IMG/VR virus record: IMGVR_UViG_3300022413_000001 | Coordinates: 1-58,954 of that record | Length of the DNA stretch: 58,954 nucleotides | Source: a virus | Taxonomy: Duplodnaviria; Caudoviricetes | Direction: 5' to 3' (one strand) | Shown here: in pieces, positions 44,977 through 54,844 of the stretch | Layout: the number at the start of each line of letters is the position of its first letter | Position numbering within the stretch: the first letter of the stretch is position 1 | Position numbers and translations under genes: made by a program | The notes under the pieces: generated by a model | What the model was told of the DNA's origin: nothing | The model's database searches: none | What the model saw: only the letters and a program-made list of their open reading frames with translations

Positions 44977-46284
44977 ATGCCGCGCCAACGAATGGCAGTT
45001 GCCATTTGCTCATTGACGATTTGGCTTTGCTCGATGGCCCTCCTCTCTGCACAGCCACCCCTGACGGATCAGGAGTGGCATCACAATGTTGCCCTCTCGT
45101 CTGATACCCTTACCATTGCTTGCGCGGCATTTACTCTGCCCGTCGATATCGGTCAAGTCGTCAGTGATGCAGACCCGTTTGTTACCAAGGGGACCGCATC
45201 GCTTACCCTCTCCTCTGCTCACTTTAACAAAATCACGCTACAACCCGAGGCTGGCACGTCCGACACACTCAGCACCATTAGCGGATGTGCGGTGGATGGC
45301 GCTCTCGTGATGCTGACGACAGAGGACTTGGGGGATACGATCACCATTACCGATTCTGGCAATATCAATACCCCTGGTGCGGACGTGGTCATTGATAACC
45401 CAGAGAAGGTTCGTATTCTGGTTTTGATTGACGGAGAGTGGCGCTTTGCGGCGGGAACGGGGTCAGGTGGAGGCGTCGAGGTGGACACTCTGGCCAGCGT
45501 GTTTCTGCGCGGCAATACGGCCTCCCCTGCTCCCTGTGCCACCTACCCTCTCACCATTGACAATGCAGGCGATGACAGCATTAATCTTTGCATTTCGGCT
45601 ACTGAGCAGCCCTCATTTTTGACGACATGCGACGGTGGGCCGTGCAGCTATTTTTTTGATATTCCCAGTGGTGAAATTATGCAATTTTTATACGCTGGTA
45701 CGGTGGGCCAGACGATCGATTCCAGCGGAAATATGACATTGGCTGGCAACATGAAGCGCAGACGGGCACCATGGATTGGGGCCGGTGCCTGGTCCTCGGA
45801 CGGTACGCAGTGTCTCGAATGGGCTGACACGAGCTTTAACGGCGCCCCTCTACGCCCTGCCATCACATGTGCAGACAACGATGCTTCGACGATAACCACC
45901 TCGGCTGTACTCGATAGTAGCTGGGATGCTGGGACATTTGAGGTGCGGGCGTGGATTATTGCCACGGCGGGAACGCCTGCTGGCATTTACCACTTTGATT
46001 GGGCGATCCAATGCCGGGGATCAGGTGAGGTCGCAGATAATACGTGGGGAACGGAACAGTCGACGGTGTGGAATTTGGACGCGGGGGGTGATTGCGGTGG
46101 ATCAGCTTGTCCGCAGTGGGCGGAGCTTCGACAGGTGTCCGCAGCCATTACCGCAGCAGGGGGATGTCAAAAAAATGACCGGATTTCGGTTCGTGGACAA
46201 ATTAACGCAGCAGCGACCACGGCGCCGAATGTCTCTTTTTTGGGTATTAATCTTGGGTTTCTTACTGATAACGTCAGCGATTAA
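44977..46284 (+). CDS. Signal-peptide-bearing, Cys-rich, fibre-like structural protein
   Basis: Signal peptide; D.L.TI.G motif, GSGGG linker, paired Cys. Confidence 0.6.
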   Translation: MPRQRMAVAICSLTIWLCSMALLSAQPPLTDQEWHHNVALSSDTLTIACAAFTLPVDIGQVVSDADPFVTKGTASLTLSSAHFNKITLQPEAGTSDTLSTISGCAVDGALVMLTTEDLGDTITITDSGNINTPGADVVIDNPEKVRILVLIDGEWRFAAGTGSGGGVEVDTLASVFLRGNTASPAPCATYPLTIDNAGDDSINLCISATEQPSFLTTCDGGPCSYFFDIPSGEIMQFLYAGTVGQTIDSSGNMTLAGNMKRRRAPWIGAGAWSSDGTQCLEWADTSFNGAPLRPAITCADNDASTITTSAVLDSSWDAGTFEVRAWIIATAGTPAGIYHFDWAIQCRGSGEVADNTWGTEQSTVWNLDAGGDCGGSACPQWAELRQVSAAITAAGGCQKNDRISVRGQINAAATTAPNVSFLGINLGFLTDNVSD

Positions 46285-46672
46285 CGCCCAGACGGGGACG
46301 CCGCCAACTGAGGTTGAGCCTCCTCAGCGAACCTATGTGCACGGTTCGCTGGAGAATGAGCAGATCATCATCTATGCCATCTATGATCCGACAACCTATC
46401 AGATTCAGTCATACGTGCTGTGGAATAATACGCAGCAGCGCGCCTCCGCAGATTTGGACATGGCTACGATCCCGGATCTGTCCTTTACTGCCCAGCCAAA
46501 AAAAGGGAAGAGCCGGAATGTAAGGGGAAAAGATTTGTATATGACGCTTCACCCGGAAACGGGGACCACCTACCAGGATCTCAACGTGGTAGGCGTGACG
46601 ATGAAACAAATCGATCCCCGCAGCCGATTCCGCCTCGTACCGGCTCCGTTTCCCTTGCCCAGCCGCCAGTGA
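46229..46672 (+). CDS. Secreted hypothetical protein
   Basis: Signal peptide MSLFWVLILGFLLITSAINA. Confidence 0.5.
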   Translation: MSLFWVLILGFLLITSAINAQTGTPPTEVEPPQRTYVHGSLENEQIIIYAIYDPTTYQIQSYVLWNNTQQRASADLDMATIPDLSFTAQPKKGKSRNVRGKDLYMTLHPETGTTYQDLNVVGVTMKQIDPRSRFRLVPAPFPLPSRQ

Positions 46673-46682
46673 GGAAACTAAA

Positions 46683-47444
46683 ATGCTCAGTGGATGGCTC
46701 ATTGGATATGTGTTGATGCTCTTGGCGACGGTCGCGTTTGCCCAGCCTGCCGTCGAATCGGTCATTACCTATAAGCAGGATGCCCTACAGACGGCACATA
46801 CCACAGGGACGATTCTGCCAGGAGGTACGGACCGGTCATTAGTGGTGTGCATCACGGCAGAGCTCTCTGGAGGCGTGGACCTGACCGTAAGCTCCATGGC
46901 CTTCAACACCTCCGAAAATTGCTCTCATATCCAAACCTCCCGCACTCAGCCCGGAAGCGCCTTTTTCGCCAGCCATTGGTATTGTCCCGCCGTGAGCGCG
47001 GTTACGGCAGCCGTAGACTATACGCATGCGGAGGCGACAACCTCTACCGCCACGGTGATCGCCCTATCCAATGCCTCGCAAACCAACCCCACGGTTGGGG
47101 ACAATGCTGACTGCCTGGACTGTGCGAATGATGAGATATCGATCGTTCTCACCTCAACCCTGGACAACACGCTAATGCTGACGTGCGCCCACTCGGACAA
47201 CGATAATCACGTACACGCCCAAGGGGCAGGACAAACAGAACATTCCGAGCTCGTGGGCGGCGGTAATGGCCATAAGCACTCGACGAGCTCAGAGCTGAAA
47301 GCTGTAGCTGGTGCGGAAACGTTGGTCACAACGATGACCGCAGGGGCGTTGCCTGCTCGAATGTCCTACACCGCTATCGGTGTGACCGAGGCGGGCGCGG
47401 TGCCTGCTCCGAAGAATAGGAGGCATTCATGGCTGTGGTACTGA
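46683..47444 (+). CDS. Secreted beta-sandwich protein with a short C-terminal tail
   Basis: Signal peptide ending AFA; Thr/Ser-rich. Confidence 0.6.
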   Translation: MLSGWLIGYVLMLLATVAFAQPAVESVITYKQDALQTAHTTGTILPGGTDRSLVVCITAELSGGVDLTVSSMAFNTSENCSHIQTSRTQPGSAFFASHWYCPAVSAVTAAVDYTHAEATTSTATVIALSNASQTNPTVGDNADCLDCANDEISIVLTSTLDNTLMLTCAHSDNDNHVHAQGAGQTEHSELVGGGNGHKHSTSSELKAVAGAETLVTTMTAGALPARMSYTAIGVTEAGAVPAPKNRRHSWLWY

Positions 47445-50400
47445 GCCTACTGCTCCTGATTCTGTCGGCAGTGACCAGCTACGCGGCGACTGGTGCCCCT
47501 GCCCCGCCCCTATTTGATGGAGGAACCGGGTCTGCCGCGACGCACTGGGCGACGCCAGGAGGCCCGAACGGGGCAGGAGAGGCGTGCACCGAGGGGGACC
47601 CATGTGGCCTCGATGAAGCGACCAGCCGCGCGTTCGCGAATCACACTGTCATGCTCAAGGACGGCGATTATAATAACGAAGAAATCCGCACTGTCCGCGA
47701 CGGCACAGCAGGCAATCACATCATTTTCAAAGCCGAGAACTCCCGGCTTGCCCGCATCATCACGAACGATCAAAACCCGGTCCTCATCTCTCACGACTAT
47801 ATTACTATCCAGGGCCTCTACATCACCGATAATGCCAATGGTGATGAGGCCGACGCGGGGATTCGCCTCGCGTTTCAGGGCGGGAATCATCATATCATCA
47901 TTGACGACGTCCATATCTTTCACACCGGCGATGTCAATATCCGGGCCACGGGAAACACCACTCAGGACAATGACATTATCATCCGCAACTCCTTATTGGA
48001 CGGATGCGGGTACAACACGACGCAAAACCCGGATCCCAAAAATGACGTAGACGGTGAATGTATCTATATGGGCGGCGGTGGCGCGGGCGGCGTCGACAAC
48101 GTCATGATTTATGACAATGAAATTCGGGATTGGACCTCAAACTCAATCGACATGAAGGCGAATGTTACCGATGTTTGGATCTACGGCAATATCATCCACA
48201 GCTCCGTTGATCATGCGGTCCATGGGGCGCCGTCCGTGGTCGAGGATGGAGCGGTTCATCTCATCGGTTCTGATGTCTATTTTTACAACAATATACTCTT
48301 TAATCTCGATGGCGGTAACCGAGTCTTCCGGACGCGGGCACCAAACAACGGGCAAGTTTATGTTTATAACAACGTCATTTATGATGCCCCAAACGTCAAC
48401 GAGTTTTTCGAAGCCGACTCGGGTAACGGCGATGGGTTCTTGTTTAACAACACGTTGTGGGATTTGAATTCTTACGCGGTTGACGGTACTGGGTATAACC
48501 TCACCGTTAACAACAATCTGGGGGTTGGGACGGGAGATGGTCTGACGATCGCGCAGATGAATGCCAATTGGTTCGTCAACGCGGCGGCTGGGCAGTTTCA
48601 GCTCACGGCCAACGCCACGTTGGCGATCGATGCGGCTGATACTGACCCCTTTTCCGCCACTGATCATGATGGAGCGGCAATCAGTGGAGCAGAGAGGGAT
48701 GTGGGCGCCTACGAGTTCTCTGGGGCGATCACCATGGCTGCACTAAACGCAGCCATTGATGCGGCTGGCCCTGGTGCAGTTATTACGGTTGCCGACAACA
48801 CCTACAACAATCCCGGTGAAATCCTGATTGACCATGACGATAATTGCACGCAGGCGGCACCGTGTACCATCATGGCCGAAACCACAGGGCAGTGGATTAT
48901 CACCGGGAACACGTCCGGATTTAAAGTGAATGGCGATTGGTGGATCATCAAGGGCTTTGTGGTGCAAAACCAAACAGGACATCTCAACAGCGGCTGGATG
49001 GAGATGTACAGCGCCCAAAACGTCGTGGTAGAGGATTGCCGGTTTACGGGTCAGACTGGAGGGTGGGATTTTGCCTTTACCTTCGGCAACGAACCCGACG
49101 TCGAGCAGGGTTTGAACATCACAGTTCAGGACTGCGAGTTTGACAACTGGGCTGGGGCCGACAATTGGATTTTTGACTGGAACGTGCGGAGCAACAACCA
49201 TATCCATACTGGACTCATATGGCGCCGCAATCATATGCACGATCTGAACTTTGACGCCGGGTCTGCCCTGGGTGCGAACAACCTGGGGAATTTCGTAGGC
49301 CGCGCAGGTACAGACTGCGATGGCCTGTTCGAGGATAATATTTGGGAACGCATCTCGGCAGACAACCCTCAAGACAATTGTTTCTTCCACCCGAAGTGCT
49401 CCGGGCTCACCTTTAAAAATGAGATCTTTCGGGACTCTCCAGAATGTGCCATTCGCCTGCGCCAAGGTTATGGTAATGTGCTCGATGGGAACCTGTTCGA
49501 AAACCTCGACGTGGATTTCAACACGGCTCAGGTCTGGGTGTCAGGTGGCGAGCACAAAATCATCAACAACGTATTTAATCCCAAAGGGGGATCGAAGGCG
49601 TGCTTGGAACTGACGGAGGGCTGCATCCTGGCCAGCGCGACAGACGCGGAGTGTTCCACGGAGGCCGATCCAGATAACGACTGTCATTATATTGCGTCAA
49701 GCGGCACGATCATCGCTAACAATACGTTTATCGGCTGCGATACCGAGTCAGTCGATCTCAATGAGGGCGCCAGCTCCAACCAGTGCGATCCAGTCAATGT
49801 CTGCCCACAGCAGAACATCCTGGAAAACAATATCTTGTATCACAACAACGGCGGCGTTGCCTTTCGGGATGCAGGGTGCACTCAGCAAACGGTGGACGAC
49901 AATTTATTTCATCTGGCGGGTGGCGCAACAGTCGGCTTACAGGGTACACGCGCCGACTTTGACAACCCGGATTTTGTCGATGTCGGGGGAGATAATTTCA
50001 ATCTCACCGGGACGTCACCGGCCATTGATGCCGGTCATAATGTAGCGGGAACCACCCTCGATGCGTTCGATATTCTCGGCGTCGCACGACCGCAGGGAGG
50101 AGAGTACGATTTCGGGGCGTATGAGTTCGATGGCGCGGACATGACGCCTCCCTGTGTGCCTCAAAACCTGGTTGCGATGGCGGTTTCCTCGACTCAGATT
50201 GATCTGACCTGGGACGCTTGCCCGGAACCGGATTTACAAGATTATATAGTGCAGAGATGCATCGGATCTGGATGTAGCGATTGGGCAACGGTTGCGGTTC
50301 GGATTCCCCCCTCGTTCAGCAACACCAGCCTGACGCCCGGGCTGGTGCATGTCTACCGGGTGCAGTCACGGGATACGACTGGCAACCTGTCCGCATTCTC

Positions 50401-52069
50401 GGCTACGGCAGAGGCCACCCCGAGCACTTTTTATTATCTTGACCCGGTGTCAGGGGTTGATCAGGCAGGGTGCGGACTGGGTATTGGGGCAGCCGCATGC
50501 GCGACATGGGCGACACTCAATACAGAGGTGACGCCAGCGGCTGGCGATATCGTCTGCCTGCTCAATCCCAGCGGGACGGGCGAGTTGAACGAAAAAATCG
50601 ATCTCACTGCGGCCAATTCTGGCACGTCTGGTAATCCGCTTGTTCTGGATGGGCAATGTGGAGGTCAGTCCGCCAAAGGCATTGTTGATGGAACGGGGGT
50701 CACCATACCGGCATTTGAAGGATTAGTTTTTCTGGCCACGAACACAAATTATGTGCATCTCAAAAACCTGGAAATTCGAGATTCGGATGACGAGCACTGT
50801 GTCCTAGCCTGGGGTATCGGGACGGTAATGGACAATCTGACGGTACATGATTGCGGCGGTCCAACGCAGGGAAGCGGCATCCTTTTCGAAGTTGCCACAT
50901 CACCCACGTTTAACGTGGTGCGAAATTCTGAGATATATAACACATATAAAGGGGGCATTGTTTGCTGGCAGGTTTCAGGTGGGTACTTCTTGTTTGAAAA
51001 GAATGTGGTGCACGATATTGGAGGGAACAGCAATTTTGATGGAATCGAGACAGTAGATTGTGACTACGTGGTGGTGCAGGACAATACGGTTTACTCGGTA
51101 GGGCCATCGGGGGACCTGATCGATATTGGTGGGAATCTTGCGAGTCCTGTTAACCATGTTGTGGTGCAACGCAATCTGGCTTATCGTGGCCCGGTACTCA
51201 CCAATGCGACTGATTTGAAAGTCAACCGAGAACCCGAATTTGTGATTGTGCGGCATAACCGATTCCGGTATGCAGGCATGGAATTTTATGAGCCTGCCTT
51301 AGCAGGTGCAGCAAACAAATTTAAGATGTATCATAACACCATCACCGAGACCGGAATGGACCTTGTCAATCAGAACGGCAGGACTCTGAGGTGGTGGAAC
51401 GGTGACGGGCAGTTTTTCGGCGTCGAGGCCAAAAATAATGCGTTTATTCTATCAGATAATTATCTGATAGAGTTTCAACCCAACAATGACGATGGCAGTT
51501 TTTCGATTATCAAAATGGTCGGGAATGCCTACAAGTTTGGCTTTCGGGGATTTCTCTGGCACGATCCCAGTGGACCCAAGGAATATGCTCCTAATGCGGC
51601 AGGATATGCCGCATGGCGGAGCGAACAGGGGCAGGAACCGGGAGGCGGAGTACTCACCACGCAGACCCTCTCGCAATTATTCGTCAATGTTGCCACTTAC
51701 GATTTTACCCCTACTGCGGTTAGTGATCTGATTGACGCAGGGGTCCCGCTCACTACGACCACTAGTGCGGGAACGGGGACGGATGTCACTGTTGTTGACA
51801 GCACCTATTTTTTTGATGGCTATGGACTCACTCAGGGCGATAGTGTTCAAATCGGTAGCAACCCTCCGGTTCAGATCTCATCAATTAACGAGGGGGCACA
51901 CACCCTGACCCTCGCAACGTCTATCTCGTGGTCAACAGGTGACAGTGTAAATCTGCCGTTCTCTGGTGCTGCTCCGGATATCGGAGCGATTGAGTTTGTG
52001 GGAACCCCTGCACTGCCCGCTGGGGTGGTGATACAGCCAGGCACGTTTAATGGCGGAACATTCAGGTAA
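47429..52069 (+). CDS. Large secreted multi-beta-helix (lyase/chondroitinase-B-like) protein with an FN3 domain
   Basis: Signal peptide; three beta-helix units ending in AIDAG...D.GA.EF; FN3 motif P.NL.A...SSTQIDLTW...YRVQSRD..GN.S. Confidence 0.8.
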   Translation: MAVVLSLLLLILSAVTSYAATGAPAPPLFDGGTGSAATHWATPGGPNGAGEACTEGDPCGLDEATSRAFANHTVMLKDGDYNNEEIRTVRDGTAGNHIIFKAENSRLARIITNDQNPVLISHDYITIQGLYITDNANGDEADAGIRLAFQGGNHHIIIDDVHIFHTGDVNIRATGNTTQDNDIIIRNSLLDGCGYNTTQNPDPKNDVDGECIYMGGGGAGGVDNVMIYDNEIRDWTSNSIDMKANVTDVWIYGNIIHSSVDHAVHGAPSVVEDGAVHLIGSDVYFYNNILFNLDGGNRVFRTRAPNNGQVYVYNNVIYDAPNVNEFFEADSGNGDGFLFNNTLWDLNSYAVDGTGYNLTVNNNLGVGTGDGLTIAQMNANWFVNAAAGQFQLTANATLAIDAADTDPFSATDHDGAAISGAERDVGAYEFSGAITMAALNAAIDAAGPGAVITVADNTYNNPGEILIDHDDNCTQAAPCTIMAETTGQWIITGNTSGFKVNGDWWIIKGFVVQNQTGHLNSGWMEMYSAQNVVVEDCRFTGQTGGWDFAFTFGNEPDVEQGLNITVQDCEFDNWAGADNWIFDWNVRSNNHIHTGLIWRRNHMHDLNFDAGSALGANNLGNFVGRAGTDCDGLFEDNIWERISADNPQDNCFFHPKCSGLTFKNEIFRDSPECAIRLRQGYGNVLDGNLFENLDVDFNTAQVWVSGGEHKIINNVFNPKGGSKACLELTEGCILASATDAECSTEADPDNDCHYIASSGTIIANNTFIGCDTESVDLNEGASSNQCDPVNVCPQQNILENNILYHNNGGVAFRDAGCTQQTVDDNLFHLAGGATVGLQGTRADFDNPDFVDVGGDNFNLTGTSPAIDAGHNVAGTTLDAFDILGVARPQGGEYDFGAYEFDGADMTPPCVPQNLVAMAVSSTQIDLTWDACPEPDLQDYIVQRCIGSGCSDWATVAVRIPPSFSNTSLTPGLVHVYRVQSRDTTGNLSAFSATAEATPSTFYYLDPVSGVDQAGCGLGIGAAACATWATLNTEVTPAAGDIVCLLNPSGTGELNEKIDLTAANSGTSGNPLVLDGQCGGQSAKGIVDGTGVTIPAFEGLVFLATNTNYVHLKNLEIRDSDDEHCVLAWGIGTVMDNLTVHDCGGPTQGSGILFEVATSPTFNVVRNSEIYNTYKGGIVCWQVSGGYFLFEKNVVHDIGGNSNFDGIETVDCDYVVVQDNTVYSVGPSGDLIDIGGNLASPVNHVVVQRNLAYRGPVLTNATDLKVNREPEFVIVRHNRFRYAGMEFYEPALAGAANKFKMYHNTITETGMDLVNQNGRTLRWWNGDGQFFGVEAKNNAFILSDNYLIEFQPNNDDGSFSIIKMVGNAYKFGFRGFLWHDPSGPKEYAPNAAGYAAWRSEQGQEPGGGVLTTQTLSQLFVNVATYDFTPTAVSDLIDAGVPLTTTTSAGTGTDVTVVDSTYFFDGYGLTQGDSVQIGSNPPVQISSINEGAHTLTLATSISWSTGDSVNLPFSGAAPDIGAIEFVGTPALPAGVVIQPGTFNGGTFR

Positions 52070-52076
52070 AGGAAAT

Positions 52077-52523
52077 ATGGAGCGGATTTACTTAACACGG
52101 ATGATTGCTCCTGGTGAGAACCCGCTATCCCTAGGTCCAGAGTTTTATTTTCTTATAGAGAGCAGACGCTGCTTGCTGATGGATTATCAGGCTCAAAATG
52201 GCGGGGATTACGGAATTACATCATTTGATGCTGACAATGGTGAACCTGTTCTTGCCGTTGCGGATTGGCAGGGAAGAGAGCCAAACATTACGCACGAGAG
52301 TATTGTTCCATTACCCACGACAAATGGCAAGGAAATACTCACTGCGGCAAAAATCAATGAGTTTCATACTAAGATATCTGGCAGATTCAGCCTACCTTTG
52401 GATTTAGAGCCAAAGGCAGGAGATGAGATGGAAACATGGCTTTCTTATCTTGTCAGGCTATGCCCCTCGCACGAGGCTGGGAAGGATTTTTCCCTTGGGA
52501 ACTACAGGGTTAGGGCACGTTAA
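52077..52523 (+). CDS. Hypothetical protein (possible fibre chaperone)
   Basis: AAGGA RBS; coupled to the next gene. Confidence 0.5.
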   Translation: MERIYLTRMIAPGENPLSLGPEFYFLIESRRCLLMDYQAQNGGDYGITSFDADNGEPVLAVADWQGREPNITHESIVPLPTTNGKEILTAAKINEFHTKISGRFSLPLDLEPKAGDEMETWLSYLVRLCPSHEAGKDFSLGNYRVRAR

Positions 52524-54844
52524 TGGCTGTCCAAGCAGACAATTTTGACGGCACACTATCAAATTGGACCATCATTGCAGGCAGTTGGTCTACCAGTTCG
52601 GGTAAGGCTGTCCTTTCTGCATCAGAAGGACGATGCCGCTATTCCAACACATCATTGGCCTCGAATAACTATTTCTCAGAGGTGGAATGGGACTTTGCAA
52701 ACGTGGTCAATAACCAGGGGGGTGGCGCAGCAGCCCGCATCAACACAGGGGGCGCAGACACATTTTATGTGGCAGAGTGGCGATTTCAGTCTGGTGGAAA
52801 CAAACGGTATCTAAGCAAGTTTGTAAATGGGACACGCACGATATTCCACACGTCTGATCAAAATATGTCAACAGGCGATCTGCAGCGTGTTATTTGTAAT
52901 GGGACGACAATTAGCGCACAGTGGAATGGATCACAATATGCCAGCGTAACCGATAGCGCTATTGCTTCTGGCGCAGCGGGTATGTATGGCGTAGCCCCAA
53001 GCGGGGGGCGCTTTATCAGATTCGAGAGGTGGAATGCTGCCGACCTTGCGGCTCCCCCGACAGTGCGTACCCTTTCCATGCCTATCACGATTTCCAGCGT
53101 GACGCCAGCCGTCGATTCGATTCTGGACCGCAACCTTTCTATGATTTTTTTGTCTCAAATTTCCGCCACTCCTAGCGTAGACGCTTTGCTCGAGCGTGGC
53201 CTGTCTGCTCCCTTTACCATTGACAGTACCACACCTGCCATAGACGCGGTATTGTTACGAGGATTGTCCATGTCCTTGACTATGGACAGCTCAACGCCCA
53301 GCGTTGATAGCATCCTGGACAGAGAGCTATCTCTGAGTATGGCGCTTGCAAGTTTTACTCCCGATATCGACATTGACCTGAGCGGGTCCAGGTTGCTGGC
53401 TATGCCTATCACGATTTCCAGCGTGACGCCAGCCGTCGATTCGATTCTGGACCGCAACCTTTCCATGGTCTTTTTGTCTCAAATTTCCGCCACTCCTGTT
53501 GTCGACATTACACTGACTCGCAGCTTATCGGCGCCCTTTACCATCTCAAGCACCACACCTGCCATAGATGCGGTATTGGAGGGTAGCCAAACGGGTATTT
53601 GGGTTAGAACCGTTCAGATGGCCGCAAGAACCACAGTCGGCACACAAGATTTTACCGTTCCAGGGGTTGGAACGCCGAAGGGCTATCTTGCGTTTGCGAC
53701 ATTTGGAGTGAGCAATGGAAGCGTGGTGCCACATGCTATGCTCGCCATTGGAGCAGGTGATGGAACTCGACAATGGGCGTGCCATGGGATAACTGAGCAC
53801 GGACAGATTCTCTCCGATAGTTACCGATGGGGAACGCGGGATGCGTCGATTATCATACCGGACCTCGATGGGTTGGTAGAAGGCAAAGCGAATTTTGTTT
53901 CATTTATCCCAGATGGCATCCAGTTCAATTGGGGACAAGCTCCCACTTCTGCCGTATTGGTGACAATCGTATTGTTTGGAGGTGATAACCTCAGTGTCTA
54001 TGCAGCCGACGATAGCCATACCGGTGCACAAGATGCGTCACAAAGCTATAATGCACCCGGATTTGAGCCTGATTTGCTGATTGTGTCTGGGAATACGTCA
54101 GATTTTGACAATACAGGCACCAATGATTACCGAATAAATCTGGGCTTTAGTTCAAATACGAATCCGATCAGACAAGGTTGCGTGTTTGTAATGGACGACT
54201 CGTCGATAAGCCCTACGGAGTCTTTCGTTCATGCCCACAACAATCGGGTCTATGAAAGCGAATATGATACTGGCTCACGATCGTTGGAAGTCACTGCTTA
54301 CGGGGCAAGTGGTTTTGACTTGACGAAAAGAGGGACATCGATAGCCCGTTTTTTCGGTTATTTAGCGTTAAATATGGGCGGCACTGTGGGGGTTGATGTT
54401 CGAGCATTCACCTCTCCAATTAGCCCGGGTAATTTCTCTAGAACGGATTTTGGTTTCAAGCCTCAATTTGTGATGATCATACCGAGCTTTGTCGATACCC
54501 TGAATAGCATTTTGACTACTGAGGCAGCGGGAGCAGGATCACACGCTGTAGCGGTCGGTGATGCCACCAATCAATACTGTATGAGTATAGCGACAGAAGA
54601 TGATCAGCCTACATCGGATACTCAATCCTTAACTGACAACCAATTAATTAACGTGGCGAGAGGTGATGGGAGCCAGGTGTTTGATGCGTCTCTCAGCACA
54701 TTTGATGCCGCAGGTTATACCCTGAATTTTGCAGTTACGGACGGGACTGCGCGTCATTGGTTTGAATTGGGAATTGAGGAGGATACGGCACCCGTTGTTG
54801 GACCTCATGTCGGATCACTGAGCACAACCGGAGTGGGTCGGTAA
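52523..54844 (+). CDS. Modular fibre protein: lectin-like N-terminal domain, ~21 aa repeats, C-terminal beta domain
   Basis: The repeat block is nearly identical at DNA level to 58714-58954/1-128; GF.P.L motifs. Confidence 0.65.
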   Translation: MAVQADNFDGTLSNWTIIAGSWSTSSGKAVLSASEGRCRYSNTSLASNNYFSEVEWDFANVVNNQGGGAAARINTGGADTFYVAEWRFQSGGNKRYLSKFVNGTRTIFHTSDQNMSTGDLQRVICNGTTISAQWNGSQYASVTDSAIASGAAGMYGVAPSGGRFIRFERWNAADLAAPPTVRTLSMPITISSVTPAVDSILDRNLSMIFLSQISATPSVDALLERGLSAPFTIDSTTPAIDAVLLRGLSMSLTMDSSTPSVDSILDRELSLSMALASFTPDIDIDLSGSRLLAMPITISSVTPAVDSILDRNLSMVFLSQISATPVVDITLTRSLSAPFTISSTTPAIDAVLEGSQTGIWVRTVQMAARTTVGTQDFTVPGVGTPKGYLAFATFGVSNGSVVPHAMLAIGAGDGTRQWACHGITEHGQILSDSYRWGTRDASIIIPDLDGLVEGKANFVSFIPDGIQFNWGQAPTSAVLVTIVLFGGDNLSVYAADDSHTGAQDASQSYNAPGFEPDLLIVSGNTSDFDNTGTNDYRINLGFSSNTNPIRQGCVFVMDDSSISPTESFVHAHNNRVYESEYDTGSRSLEVTAYGASGFDLTKRGTSIARFFGYLALNMGGTVGVDVRAFTSPISPGNFSRTDFGFKPQFVMIIPSFVDTLNSILTTEAAGAGSHAVAVGDATNQYCMSIATEDDQPTSDTQSLTDNQLINVARGDGSQVFDASLSTFDAAGYTLNFAVTDGTARHWFELGIEEDTAPVVGPHVGSLSTTGVGR
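53078..53497 (+). repeat. Near-identical repeat modules shared with the junction-spanning gene
   Basis: 53078-53408 matches 58714-58954 plus 39-128 with few substitutions; 53402-53497 repeats 53078-53173. Confidence 0.85.
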
